Virus record (IMG/VR): IMGVR_UViG_3300028559_000005
DNA from: a virus
Taxonomy: Duplodnaviria > Heunggongvirae > Uroviricota > Caudoviricetes
DNA length: 64,000 nt
Reading direction: 5' to 3' (one strand)
Within the stretch, counting starts at the first letter, position 1; every line of letters begins with the position of its first letter. The notes under the pieces are model-generated. The model ran no database searches, was not told the DNA's origin, and saw nothing but the letters and a program-made list of their open reading frames with translations. The translations under genes and the position numbers were made by a program. Shown here one piece after another: positions 63,960 through 64,000 of the stretch.

Positions 63960-64000
63960 GATATTTTACTTTATGATTAATTAAGCAACAGACAGCATGT

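Noticed and set aside
1-64000. Stop-codon reassignment (alternative genetic code), as seen in some large phages
   Set aside because: Standard-code ORFs tile the window densely, and recognisable proteins (ClpA, NadE, PhoH, IF-1) are full length with TAA, TGA and TAG all used as stops.
1-64000. tRNA or other structured RNA genes
   Set aside because: I saw no T-loop GTTCRANYC/CCA-type cloverleaf in the few intergenic gaps. A tRNAscan or Infernal run would be needed to exclude them formally.

Overview
This is a 64-kb segment of a large, distantly T4-like myophage. Most genes are on the minus strand, the genetic code is standard, and the host is probably Gram-negative (spanins are present). (1) 1-15 kb: a late-transcribed cluster of small enzymes and modular proteins. 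Most start with a shared M-[RK]-x-x-E-F-[ILV]-x-E peptide resembling the T4 capsid-targeting sequence. The cluster includes a 2006-aa multi-enzyme protein (nucleotidyltransferase, HExxH peptidase, amidoligase, deaminase, two GNATs) whose domains are separated by prohead-protease-like xxE linkers. This is the best candidate for an undescribed system: a head-packaged, protease-matured effector arsenal. (2) 15-31 kb: glycosyl- and nucleotidyltransferases, an HNH endonuclease, ClpA, DnaJ, a lysis cassette, PhoH, clamp loader, GroES and a DnaE fragment. (3) 31-43.4 kb: baseplate and tail-fibre genes, including a collagen-like (GVQ)n fibre. (4) 43.4-49 kb: auxiliary genes (ErpA, SOD, IF-1, SleB-like hydrolase, NadE, Hc1-like protein) and a tandem paralog array whose conserved C-terminus doubles as the next gene's ribosome-binding site. 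(5) 49-64 kb: an early region of small ORFs driven by repeated sigma70-type promoter/leader modules, with homing endonucleases. No tRNA, rRNA, CRISPR array or reverse transcriptase was recognised. All calls come from motif recognition by eye; no database search was run.
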